From contig NYZO01000090.1 in NCBI GenBank assembly GCA_002687185.1, positions 1-41,514 of the forward strand: a stretch of 41,514 bases of DNA, written 5' to 3'. The position numbers and the translations under genes are program-made. The DNA comes from an archaeon (GTDB taxonomy: Archaea; Nanobdellota; Nanobdellia; SCGC-AAA011-G17; GW2011-AR20). This document shows positions 9,265 to 18,694 of this stretch, piece by piece. The number at the start of each line of letters is the position of its first letter. Positions within the stretch are counted from its first letter, which is position 1. The notes under the pieces were generated by a model. The model was not told the origin of the DNA and did not search any database. It saw only the letters and a list, made by a program, of their open reading frames with translations.

Positions 9265-11409
9265 ATGTCTCTACAAGTATTAAAACCGTTCGTGCCCGCA
9301 CCGTTTATAGAGTTATTAGGGCAACAATCTATCACAACACTCAGACCAGCGCAAGAAAAAACTATCAAAGCGGGAGTGTTTGAAGGACAAAATATTCTAA
9401 TATGTACACCGACTGCATCAGGTAAAACACTCAGCGCAGTCTTTGGGATACTTCAAGCACTCAAAGACGGTAAAAAAGCAATATACGCTGTGCCGCTTAA
9501 AGCATTAGCGTCAGAAAAATTTGAATCGCTCAAAGGATACCTTAACCCGCTAGGAGCAACTGTTGCAATGACTGTAGGGGACTATGATACCGACGGACAA
9601 TCACTTAGCAAAGCAGATGTTATTGTGTGCTCTAACGAAAAACTAGATTCACTCATACGCCACCACGCGCCATGGCTTAACAATGTATCGTGCCTAATAA
9701 TAGACGAAGTACACTTATTAAACGACGTATCACGCGGACCAACACTTGAAATACTAATAACTATGCTCAAACAACTTGTAAAACCGCTCCAAATTATAGC
9801 ACTATCAGCAACTGTCCAAAACGCGTCAGCTCTTGCAGACTGGCTAGAGGCAGTACTAATAAAAGACGATTGGCGACCAGTAAAACTTTATACAGGCATA
9901 ATGCACGAGAGAACAATCGATTTCTTTGACGATAAAGAACACTTATTCATCAAAGGTGAAGCCCAAGACCCAACCACAAACATAGTTATTGACGCCATCA
10001 AAAATGAGAAACAAACGCTAGTATTCGTAAGCACTAAACGCTCAACGCAAGCACAAGCAAAGAAAATCGCAACAGTTGCAACGACTAAACCTGAAGAACA
10101 ACCAATCCTTGATGAAGCTGCTAAAAAAGTACGAACTGCAGTATCGCCACCCACAACCCAATGCCTAGAACTATCCGGAGTCATTAAACACGGTGTTGCG
10201 TTCCATCACTCAGGATTACACCCAAAACAGCGAACAATCGTTGAAGAATTGTTTAAAAAAAGGCGAATAAAAGCAATATGCGCCACTCCAACCTTGGCGA
10301 TCGGAATAAATATGCCAGCGTTCAGATCGATCGTGCGTGACCTTAAACGATACACTAATTTCGGACTTGATTGGCTGCCGGTGCTTGAAGTACAACAAAT
10401 GTTTGGACGAAGCGGCCGACCAGGGTATGATGAATTCGGAGAAGCTATTTGTTTGGCAGGGACAGAACAACAAAAAGAACAAATCTATAATAAATACCTC
10501 AAAGGCGAACCGGAACCGATACTGTCAAAAATAGCAGTCGAGCCCGTACTTAGAACGTATCTACTCTCATTAATAGCCATCGAATTCATAACAACCAAAA
10601 AAGAGATACTTGCCTTCTTTGGAAAAACGTTCTGGGCGTTCCAATACGGAAACATGGACGAATTAAATCAGAAGATAGAAAAAATGCTAGAACTTTTGTT
10701 AACCTTTAAATTCCTTAAACAAGAAAAAAATAAGTACAGTGCAACAATAATTGGAAAACGAGTTGCAACACTCTACTTAGATCCAGTAACTGCAGACAAA
10801 CTTATCAAAGGACTCAAAAAAGCAGATACTCATACTACCAGCCCGTTTGCAATAATTCAGCTGATAATGCACACGCCTGAAGCTGGACCGCTACCGTCAA
10901 TTAGAAAAACAGACCTATTAGATGACGTGTACGCAGAAGAAACATTGCTTGATCAAGAAGTGTATGATGAGCGATTCTTGCCTTCCATTAAAGCCACAGT
11001 GATCGCTGATGAGTGGATGGATGAAGTGCCTGAACGTGATCTGTTTGAGAGGTACGGGACAGCACCTGGGCTTTTGCACACCATGAGAACGAATACAGAA
11101 TGGCTATTGTATGCGCTCAAAGAGCTTGCTAAACTTACGTCGTACGGTGACTTGAACTTGATTGAGAGAACCAGACAACGAGTCAGATACGGAGTTAAAG
11201 AAGAATTGTTGCCTTTAGTGCGGCTCAAAGGAGTAGGACGGGTTAGAGCTAGAAGACTGTTTATGCGCGGATTCAAAACAAGTGGTGCCATTAGAATTGC
11301 AGATATGAAAATACTTTCAGAATTGATCGGTCGAAGTGTTGCTGTGTCACTTAAAAGGCAATTAGGGGTTAACAAAGTGTATCCAGAGCCTCTATCCACA
11401 AAATCATAA
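9265..11409 (+). CDS. hel308: Ski2-like DNA helicase Hel308/Hjm
   Basis: Helicase motifs: Walker A CTPTASGKT, DEVH box (IIDEVHLL), SAT (LSATVQN) and motif VI QMFGRSGRPG. The 714-aa length and helical C-terminal domains are typical of archaeal Hel308. Confidence 0.85.
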   Translation: MSLQVLKPFVPAPFIELLGQQSITTLRPAQEKTIKAGVFEGQNILICTPTASGKTLSAVFGILQALKDGKKAIYAVPLKALASEKFESLKGYLNPLGATVAMTVGDYDTDGQSLSKADVIVCSNEKLDSLIRHHAPWLNNVSCLIIDEVHLLNDVSRGPTLEILITMLKQLVKPLQIIALSATVQNASALADWLEAVLIKDDWRPVKLYTGIMHERTIDFFDDKEHLFIKGEAQDPTTNIVIDAIKNEKQTLVFVSTKRSTQAQAKKIATVATTKPEEQPILDEAAKKVRTAVSPPTTQCLELSGVIKHGVAFHHSGLHPKQRTIVEELFKKRRIKAICATPTLAIGINMPAFRSIVRDLKRYTNFGLDWLPVLEVQQMFGRSGRPGYDEFGEAICLAGTEQQKEQIYNKYLKGEPEPILSKIAVEPVLRTYLLSLIAIEFITTKKEILAFFGKTFWAFQYGNMDELNQKIEKMLELLLTFKFLKQEKNKYSATIIGKRVATLYLDPVTADKLIKGLKKADTHTTSPFAIIQLIMHTPEAGPLPSIRKTDLLDDVYAEETLLDQEVYDERFLPSIKATVIADEWMDEVPERDLFERYGTAPGLLHTMRTNTEWLLYALKELAKLTSYGDLNLIERTRQRVRYGVKEELLPLVRLKGVGRVRARRLFMRGFKTSGAIRIADMKILSELIGRSVAVSLKRQLGVNKVYPEPLSTKS

Positions 11410-11425
11410 AAAATATTAAGAGATT

Positions 11426-11698
11426 ATGAAACTTATTATTATGAAAAAATTAACACTATACCAACTAGAAACATGCCCGTATTGTATCACTGCACGTGAA
11501 GCCTTGGACGAGAAAGGAATAAAGTACGAAGTAGTGAACGTGCCAGGGCCAAGACCTGATAGAAAAGAAGTAATTGAGATCTCAGGACAAGCTGAAGTGC
11601 CAGTACTTGTAGTTGAGGAAGAAGGTAAAAAACAAGTAATATTTCATGACGAGAAAATTATTGAATATATTAACGAACATCCAGAGTTGAGTAAATAA
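11426..11698 (+). CDS. glutaredoxin-like protein
   Basis: 90 aa with a CPYC active site after a beta strand (LTLYQLETCPYCITAREAL) and a thioredoxin-fold length. Confidence 0.75.
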   Translation: MKLIIMKKLTLYQLETCPYCITAREALDEKGIKYEVVNVPGPRPDRKEVIEISGQAEVPVLVVEEEGKKQVIFHDEKIIEYINEHPELSK

Positions 11699-11704
11699 AC
11701 CGAA

Positions 11705-12697
11705 TTATGAATCGCAAGCTTGACTATTCGTACAATCAGGATCATTACTACAACAAGCAGTTACTTGTGACGGAATTGTCCATTGAGCGCTTTGATAATC
11801 AAGCGGGCAAACGCCGTCGGATACTGTGTCGCAATGTTTGACAACAGCACCAGAACACATCGAAATGCCAGGAGCGTTACAAACCTGACCGCTACAACCT
11901 ACACCGCCAGGGCAACAAACCAACGTATAACAATAACATTTCTCGCCTGATGCACAAACGCCACTTTGACTTTCGTCATCTTCAATATGGTAATAACCAG
12001 CATCGTTACTACAGGTGCCAAGAGGATCAGTACAGCCTGATGGCTGACTCGGAAGGACACTGCAACCACTAATATCGTAATTACCTAAACTGGTGCAGTA
12101 TTCGTCACAAGTCCCAAACGATGGAGGGAGGGTTGTAGTCGTTGTGCCGCCTGGAATAGTTGTTGTAGTACTACCAGGTAACGTAGTCGTAGTCGTTGGA
12201 GGCGGTGGCTGGACAACAGCAGTTGATGGACAAACACCGTCAGGGGTTGTGATACATACATGGATACCGCCAGTGTCAGCTGAAGTGGCCACGATCTTTA
12301 ATCGGTGAGTACCCTCACTTGATGGAAGAGTAATGGTCTCTCCAGAAATCTTTTTGCCCAACTGAATGTCAACGTTTGATCTAACAGCCACTTGGCTTTG
12401 AGCGCCGGTTGGAGCGCTTGTAACGAACACAATCTCGTCACTATTATCATCAACTAACACATATTCTATGCCGCCAGGAAAACGCACATCAATAGTATTT
12501 TGTGAGCCCTCGCCCAAATAATAAATGCTCTCTGCTTGTTTGATGATCTCTTTGCTGATAGCTTGGGTTTGACTCAAGTCTGTTTGATACTCAGAATCGG
12601 TTGTATACACAGTAAAGATTATCATAGTTGGGATCAAAAGTACTAATACAATGCCTACCAAGATTACATATTCAGTCGCAATCTGGCCACGTCTCAT
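11705..12697 (-). CDS. type IV pilin-like protein fused to a Thr/Pro linker and Cys-rich modules (putative pilus adhesin)
   Basis: Class III signal peptide MRRG|QIATEYVILVGIVLVLLI with Glu at +5. Thr/Pro linker at aa 164-192 (12122-12208). 12-Cys module at aa 197-273 (11879-12109). A second Cys motif at aa 281-328 (11714-11857). Confidence 0.75.
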   Translation of the reverse strand: MRRGQIATEYVILVGIVLVLLIPTMIIFTVYTTDSEYQTDLSQTQAISKEIIKQAESIYYLGEGSQNTIDVRFPGGIEYVLVDDNSDEIVFVTSAPTGAQSQVAVRSNVDIQLGKKISGETITLPSSEGTHRLKIVATSADTGGIHVCITTPDGVCPSTAVVQPPPPTTTTTLPGSTTTTIPGGTTTTTLPPSFGTCDEYCTSLGNYDISGCSVLPSQPSGCTDPLGTCSNDAGYYHIEDDESQSGVCASGEKCYCYTLVCCPGGVGCSGQVCNAPGISMCSGAVVKHCDTVSDGVCPLDYQSAQWTIPSQVTACCSNDPDCTNSQACDS

Positions 12698-12700
12698 TAG

Positions 12701-13144
12701 TTATGCCTCGACCGTCCCTGAAATAGTAAAAACAGAAGAGTGATCAAGACTTCCGCCGTCAAGCTTGTAATTAATAGATACAGTACCAGAATAAAAACTG
12801 TCAGCATCTAAGCCAGTAATAGTGCAAGTTATGGTGTCAGTCGGAAATGTGTCCCACCCATTACAGCTTGATGGAACTCCATTAATCTCAATTAAAACTG
12901 TAGGTTCTGGACTTGTTTCAATGCCAGTGCCAGTAATATCAAGCTCAATCTGGTTCGCGCCTGCACTCACCTTCAAATCGTTACACACGAACGGGTCGAT
13001 AAAAGAACACTGAGTCGGGACTGAAACACGACCCTGAGTCAAAAAGAACGCAGCGCCAACACCAATGCCGATCAATAATAAAGCGAACCCGTAAGTTGTT
13101 AAAAATTCTGTTGCCGCTTGACCTTTTCTCATATATTTTGCCAT
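12701..13144 (-). CDS. type IV pilin-like protein (candidate major pilin)
   Basis: Class III signal peptide MAKYMRKG|QAATEFLTTYGFALLLIGIGV with Glu at +5. Small 147-aa beta-rich body. Its start overlaps the upstream stop by 1 nt (TAATG). Confidence 0.75.
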   Translation of the reverse strand: MAKYMRKGQAATEFLTTYGFALLLIGIGVGAAFFLTQGRVSVPTQCSFIDPFVCNDLKVSAGANQIELDITGTGIETSPEPTVLIEINGVPSSCNGWDTFPTDTITCTITGLDADSFYSGTVSINYKLDGGSLDHSSVFTISGTVEA

Positions 13145-14160
13145 TATGTACCCACCCCTTGAAAAAACTTTCCTATAACTTTAATCAAGAAAAAGAATAA
13201 TAAGATAGAAATGCCTGCAAACACAGGGATAGTCTTTAAACCTTCTTTAGCGTTACCTTTGCGTACAGCAGATATGATCAATGACGAAAAAATAGAACTG
13301 ATAAGTAAGATGACAACCACAAACCACTGGAACATATCAGGCGTGATTTGGATAGTGCCTAAACTGAGCGGTAACTGCGATTGGCTTAATGTACTCTCAA
13401 TAGACGCGAAATCAACTTGGGATAATAAATTTTCCATTAAAGTGATCAATTGCAAAGCAACAGCGAACAACAGTGGAGACGCGACCACTGTGCTGAATGC
13501 GATGAAAATAACATAAGTAGTAACACTTGATGAAACTTCTTTGCGCATGATTGAAGATTCCTTGATGTTCCATGCGATCTTGTTCAATAATTCGCCGACA
13601 GCGCCACCAGCCTCAATGCCCTCAACAAGTAATGTAATAGATTTTTTGAGTGTGTCAGAATTGAAACGTTTAGTGAATGAAATTAGTGCCTCCTCAAGGT
13701 CAGAGCCGGTCATGGTCTTTTTGGCTGCGATCTGGATCTCTTGGGCAAGGATGCCAAAACGTGGTCGTACAGCAAACCATAGTGCTTGGTCAATAGTCAA
13801 TCCAGAGTCGACATTAGCAGCAACCAATTGCAAATAGTCAGACAGGACCGATTCGACAGCTACTGTGCGTTTGTGGATGCGCAGAATAATATACGAATAA
13901 AGACCTAAGGCAGCCACAAGAGCCCCACCAACTAAATAGACTAAAAATGACACAAGAAATGATAAAACAATCCCACCACCAGACAGTAAAGCAAGGTTTG
14001 ACTGAGGCAAGGCAATAGACAATATCGTTGCGCCAATACCAAGCAAAAACGTAATAATGACACCAAAAAGCATGATGTCAGCAGCAGTCCTTTGAGTGCC
14101 AGTCTTTTTCATGATCTCATTAAACTTTTTCTCCATGGTCGGCGTGAGCATTATGGCCAT
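13144..14160 (-). CDS. T2SSF-domain pilus platform protein (TadC/EpdK-like half)
   Basis: Polytopic membrane protein with one cytoplasmic T2SSF-like domain (LQLVAANVDSGLTIDQALWFA ... LVEGIEAGGAVGELL). Confidence 0.7.
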   Translation of the reverse strand: MAIMLTPTMEKKFNEIMKKTGTQRTAADIMLFGVIITFLLGIGATILSIALPQSNLALLSGGGIVLSFLVSFLVYLVGGALVAALGLYSYIILRIHKRTVAVESVLSDYLQLVAANVDSGLTIDQALWFAVRPRFGILAQEIQIAAKKTMTGSDLEEALISFTKRFNSDTLKKSITLLVEGIEAGGAVGELLNKIAWNIKESSIMRKEVSSSVTTYVIFIAFSTVVASPLLFAVALQLITLMENLLSQVDFASIESTLSQSQLPLSLGTIQITPDMFQWFVVVILLISSIFSSLIISAVRKGNAKEGLKTIPVFAGISILLFFFLIKVIGKFFQGVGT

Positions 14161-14161
14161 G

Positions 14162-14989
14162 TTAAATACTCACCCCTGGACGAGAACCCTGAATATACAA
14201 CAAGAAAAAAAGCTGAGCGAAACCTACCAGACCAGCAACCACGTACAATAACTTAATATCAAGCGGGATAGTAGACAAAAACATGGACAAGATTAAAATG
14301 ATAACCACACCCAAAGACGGCATAATAACTGTCACCATAAGATAAAACATAACGATAGGGTTTAGCTTGCGACCATAATCGCGCATTTCAACAATCTGCT
14401 CTGCAGTGATTTGTTTGAGGATCGCTTGCAAGGCTTGAGCCATGTCAGCACCAGTAGCTAACGCGTTCATGATCTGCCATAGAAATGTACGGAAATAAGC
14501 AGACGGAGTAGTGTTAATCAAGGTTTCAATGGCTTTGTCGATGGGTGTTCCAAGGCTTACGCGCTTGATCACGCTAGATAGTTCTTTGCTAATCTCACCG
14601 TAACCAGAAGAGGCGTTTGCAATAGCGTTATATAAAGGAACACCAGAAGTTAACTCAATTAAGATATATCTACCCGCAAAGACTACATCAGCGTCGATCT
14701 TTTTTTGCTTAGATTTCATCTTGAACACGGGCTGTTGCAGGAAGTAATTGAAAAATAAAAATGGGGTGAACAAGGTTAAGATTAATACGATGATAATGAA
14801 GATATTGAAGCCGAACCGGATTAAGGCCAATAATAAAACGAAAAATAATAATACACCGCCCATGATGAGAGCGCGCATTAACGATTTTCGAATGAACTCT
14901 TCAGGAGTGTTTTCTATGCCGGCTTGCTGAAGCTGAGCTTTGAAACCAGCTTTTTTGCGAAGCGTTGATCTTACAATTTGTTCTAGCAA
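14162..14989 (-). CDS. T2SSF-domain pilus platform protein (TadB/EpdJ-like half)
   Basis: Polytopic membrane protein with one T2SSF-like domain (LIELTSGVPLYNAIANAS ... IMNALATGADMAQAL). It lies 1 nt from the next gene. Confidence 0.7.
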   Translation of the reverse strand: MLEQIVRSTLRKKAGFKAQLQQAGIENTPEEFIRKSLMRALIMGGVLLFFVLLLALIRFGFNIFIIIVLILTLFTPFLFFNYFLQQPVFKMKSKQKKIDADVVFAGRYILIELTSGVPLYNAIANASSGYGEISKELSSVIKRVSLGTPIDKAIETLINTTPSAYFRTFLWQIMNALATGADMAQALQAILKQITAEQIVEMRDYGRKLNPIVMFYLMVTVIMPSLGVVIILILSMFLSTIPLDIKLLYVVAGLVGFAQLFFLLYIQGSRPGVSI

Positions 14990-14996
14990 TCTTTCA

Positions 14997-16502
14997 TCAC
15001 CTAGGCACGCTTGGTTTTTGTTGGGTTTTTTGAGGATGCTCTTGAGGAGATTTGATTTTGTTTAATAATGCTTTCTTGTTTGCGTAATATGCGGCAATAA
15101 CACGACCAACAGCATCAACTGTGTTAACACGGTTTTTGACCAGCCAATGTAATACTATCTCTTTCTCAGCTAAGTCGTTAGATAATTCAGGCAAACTCAT
15201 GCCGGTGTGCAACGCCAGACGCTTGATTAATGTGTTAGACTGGGCAACAGCGTTGATTTTGTTTGTGCGAGTGTCTAATTTGAATAATACATGAGCTCCA
15301 CCTCTCTCGTCAACCTCTGCAAACTCTAACATTCTACGGATGCCGGTGCGCCTGTTACGGTACATTACTAAAATGCCTGCAATGGCTGGGAGCATTAATA
15401 CAGGAACGTTAATAGGAGGGCTTGTTAAACGTGTGATCAGCTCAGCAGTATTATCAGCGTGCACTGTCGCATAAACTGCGTGACCTGTGTGGATAGACTC
15501 AAAGAGTACTTGAGCTTCACGCTCGCGACGGATCTCGCCAACAACAATACGGTCAGGGCGCATTCTTAGAGAGTTAATCATTAAGTCCAGCATGGAAACC
15601 TCGCCCTTGCCTTCAGTGTTTGGGAAACGCACGACCATAGGAACCCAATGAAGAAATTTAGGCAAACGCAATTCTAGGGTGTCCTCAATTGAGATGATTC
15701 GTTGGTTAGGCGGGAAGAAACCTGAAATTGCATTCAATGCGCTTGTCTTACCAGACGCGGTACCGCCGCTAACTAAAAGAGACATCTCGTATTGGCATGC
15801 CATCCAGACCAAAGCTGCAAGCGGCAGTGAAATAGTGCCCTCACTCAAGAAATCAACAATTGTCCAAGGCTTTGACGCGAACTTACGCAGAGTGATTGTG
15901 TTACCGCGCTTTGAAATTGGTGAAATAGTAGCATTAACACGGTCGCCGGTCTCTAGGTGCGCGTCCATAAGCGGCTTGAGAACAGTTATAGCACGACCAA
16001 CTTGTCGGCCGATCAAATTTGAATAATGACGAATTTGAGCCTCGTCTTTTAATTGGATATTAGTTTTGAGCCAACCGTGCTTGTGATGATAGACCCAAAT
16101 TGGCTCGGCAGCGTTATTGATCGCGATCTCTTCTAAATTACTATCGTCAAGTAAAATCTCTACCTTGCCCATGCCTAAGCTTTTTTGGATTAGATATGTC
16201 TTGAAAAAACTAGCAGCGCTAGGAGATACCGTTGGAAAGAATTGTGAAATTTTGATCTTGACCTGGGACTCGAACTTCTCTCTGATACGGTCCTTTTTTT
16301 TCGGGTCGGTCAAATCAGCCATGTCTAAATTGACTTCATCGACTAATAAATCTTTGATCTTGTTGAGAATAAGCTCAGTGTTCGGACTTAAATTTGGGAT
16401 GGATAATTCGTATACACGGACGAACTCGTCAGGCTTGGTCCTAATACGAACATAAATGGGAATGTTCTCTGAATAAAACTTGTAAGATTCAATGGCCACC
16501 AT
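14997..16502 (-). CDS. type IV pilus/secretion ATPase (FlaI/TadA/VirB11, GspE family)
   Basis: Walker A GGTASGKTS, Walker B/Asp box RPDRIVVGEIR, His box HTGHAVYATVHA, and an N-terminal ITLRKF-type motif. Confidence 0.85.
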   Translation of the reverse strand: MVAIESYKFYSENIPIYVRIRTKPDEFVRVYELSIPNLSPNTELILNKIKDLLVDEVNLDMADLTDPKKKDRIREKFESQVKIKISQFFPTVSPSAASFFKTYLIQKSLGMGKVEILLDDSNLEEIAINNAAEPIWVYHHKHGWLKTNIQLKDEAQIRHYSNLIGRQVGRAITVLKPLMDAHLETGDRVNATISPISKRGNTITLRKFASKPWTIVDFLSEGTISLPLAALVWMACQYEMSLLVSGGTASGKTSALNAISGFFPPNQRIISIEDTLELRLPKFLHWVPMVVRFPNTEGKGEVSMLDLMINSLRMRPDRIVVGEIRREREAQVLFESIHTGHAVYATVHADNTAELITRLTSPPINVPVLMLPAIAGILVMYRNRRTGIRRMLEFAEVDERGGAHVLFKLDTRTNKINAVAQSNTLIKRLALHTGMSLPELSNDLAEKEIVLHWLVKNRVNTVDAVGRVIAAYYANKKALLNKIKSPQEHPQKTQQKPSVPR

Positions 16503-16508
16503 CTTTTT

Positions 16509-17093
16509 TTAATGAGCATGCAGGTTGCCCATATAGCTTGCGATTTTTTGCAGGTTATTTTCGAATGCTTTGGTTTGGGACTCAATCTTTTTAAATCTTT
16601 CTCTCAAACGTACGAAATGGCGATACTTCTCTTTGTTAACCTCGAACTGTTTTAAATCAACGAGGAGTTTGAACGTTTGTTCTTCAAGCAATGTTTTCTG
16701 GTCTAAGATGATCGCGAGCGGTTTTGCAAGACGTTTCTTCTTACGCGGTCTCAGATCCAAATACTCTTTTTTTAACCATAATAAAAATTCGCGCTTGGCT
16801 TTGATGTCTTTGATGGTAGCTTGTGCTTTGATCAATAGAATATCACGCTCCTTTTCCATGTCTTCTTTGCTTTTCTTTAGATGTTTTATACGATTGGGAT
16901 CGGAAATAGTAAGATAAGGCGTAGAAAACTTATAATCTATCTGGAAAATCTTTGCCTCTTCTAAGAAAACTGCCCACTCGTGCACGATTGCTACTGGTAG
17001 GTTTAATTGTTTAGCAGCCTCGTCGATTGAGATGCGTTTTTCATTCTTAACAATATTAATGAACGTATCAACAGCAGTCTTAATCTCTTCCAT
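16509..17093 (-). CDS. wHTH plus coiled-coil accessory protein of the pilus locus
   Basis: HTH-like N-terminus (ISIDEAAKQLNLPVAIVHEWAVFLEE) followed by a Lys/Glu-rich coiled coil. It ends 6 nt upstream of the ATPase gene and has its own BRE/TATA. Confidence 0.5.
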   Translation of the reverse strand: MEEIKTAVDTFINIVKNEKRISIDEAAKQLNLPVAIVHEWAVFLEEAKIFQIDYKFSTPYLTISDPNRIKHLKKSKEDMEKERDILLIKAQATIKDIKAKREFLLWLKKEYLDLRPRKKKRLAKPLAIILDQKTLLEEQTFKLLVDLKQFEVNKEKYRHFVRLRERFKKIESQTKAFENNLQKIASYMGNLHAH

Positions 17094-17114
17094 AGTGATG
17101 ATTACGGTCAGATG

Positions 17115-17128
17115 ATTATTAAATCTTT
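17115..17128 (-). promoter_or_regulatory. internal BRE/TATA promoter (accessory-ATPase-platform-pilin sub-operon)
   Basis: The minus strand reads AAAGATTTAATAAT, centred ~26 nt upstream of the ATG at 17093. Confidence 0.45.
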
Positions 17129-17155
17129 GGTGTTACTTGTAAGTCGTCGTTGATG

Positions 17156-18694
17156 TCAGGTCTGGCACTCAATTTTGTTAATTTTCAGACCGTTACCAGC
17201 GCCGGTTGCATAATTGTCATCAGAATCTGTCTCGAAAGTGATGATCTTTGGATCATAGATATTCGGATTAAGTGTTGCGGTCAATTCACCATTATCTTTT
17301 CCGCTAATACTTTGTCCACCAACTATGCTAAAGACGTCTTTATTTAATTCAGTATCTATAATATACGTAAACTTAATCGTGTTTGTGCCTATTGGACATG
17401 TACAAGCAGTTGAACAACCCAAACCATCAATGTAATCATTGTGCCAGACATTGACACCTAAACCACCGTTTACACCATCCACTAAGCTCGGACATGAAAA
17501 AGCTGGACAGCTAGGAGGAGGAGGCGCAGGACTACAATCGCAACAAGTACGAGATAGAGGACTTTCTCGACAAAAGTCTGGTTGAGGAATGGTATAACTG
17601 CTATCTACACCGTATGAACAGTAACTAGTACAAGATTGGCTCGTACAAGAATATCCGCCATTACAACCCACATCAATACCACAAGAACAAGTACTTAAAC
17701 CGTATTGTCCAGCCAAGCCTGAGTCAAACCGGAAATTAGTTTCAGACCCGCTAGGATTGCATAAAGGTTCACTGCTAATGCTTACAACACAATCGTCGTC
17801 GTCTGCACTCACACCACCGTAATATTGCCAATCGAGTAATCGGTACTTTTGACTGTTACCACCAACATGGCCAGGTAGTAATGGGCGCTCTATGCCTAAA
17901 CTACTTGAACCAGGGCTTGGTTTGAACCTGTCAAGATAACTCCGGCCGCCGTTGCGCTCAACAAACTCTTGGTCGTTTGCAACGCTTGTATAATCAGTAG
18001 GTGAATTTGGAAACGATGATGCTTGGATAATCTTTAATTCACCACCGTTACGCAAAAGTATCGGATCTTGTGCAAAGTCAATTAAGCTAACGCGTGGAGT
18101 GATAGAGAACGTTCGGTCAAGGTCGATTTTTGGGTCTTGGGTAGACAATTCTAAACGGACACTAAACGGTTGACCGTCTGGCTGCTGTACAATAACTGAC
18201 CATGCATCGTCTTGAGTTATTTTGAGATCTGAGTCATCGAGGTTTTTTAAAGGTCCTCCTGAAGCAACACCCGTTAAGGTGATTTCGGTGCTGTCAAGGC
18301 CGGATTTTCCAGATAATGATTCAAACGAGGCTATTTGTTCTGCGATAGTGAAATCGTCCATGAACGAGTTTGTCACGCCGCCAGATCCGTCGATGCTGCC
18401 GTAGATCATAAGATTTGAGATCGCAGTTGGCGGATCGTTAAATGCAGAATTAGTATTGTCTTGTTTTAACTCGTCTTGCATGGCTACTAAAGCCTGTTTT
18501 AATGATAACTTCATAATGTCAACAATAAACGCGTCTTCAATATTACTACCAAAATCGGTCAAAGTAGTAACCCGAATCTGGTCAACAGTGATCTCGGTTT
18601 TTGTGTCTCTTATCTGATACGTTAAAAATAAAGCTAATAAAATCAAGACCAAACCAGCGGTCATAATAGTGAAGAAAAAACCGCGCCTATTCAT
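17156..18694 (-). CDS. large pilin-like protein with a Cys-rich region
   Basis: Class III-like N-terminus MNRRG|FFFTIMTAGLVLILLALFL. Cys-rich segment at aa 302-433 (17396-17791) containing CCDCSPAPPPPSCPAFSCP. Its start overlaps the upstream stop by 8 nt. Confidence 0.65.
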   Translation of the reverse strand: MNRRGFFFTIMTAGLVLILLALFLTYQIRDTKTEITVDQIRVTTLTDFGSNIEDAFIVDIMKLSLKQALVAMQDELKQDNTNSAFNDPPTAISNLMIYGSIDGSGGVTNSFMDDFTIAEQIASFESLSGKSGLDSTEITLTGVASGGPLKNLDDSDLKITQDDAWSVIVQQPDGQPFSVRLELSTQDPKIDLDRTFSITPRVSLIDFAQDPILLRNGGELKIIQASSFPNSPTDYTSVANDQEFVERNGGRSYLDRFKPSPGSSSLGIERPLLPGHVGGNSQKYRLLDWQYYGGVSADDDDCVVSISSEPLCNPSGSETNFRFDSGLAGQYGLSTCSCGIDVGCNGGYSCTSQSCTSYCSYGVDSSYTIPQPDFCRESPLSRTCCDCSPAPPPPSCPAFSCPSLVDGVNGGLGVNVWHNDYIDGLGCSTACTCPIGTNTIKFTYIIDTELNKDVFSIVGGQSISGKDNGELTATLNPNIYDPKIITFETDSDDNYATGAGNGLKINKIECQT

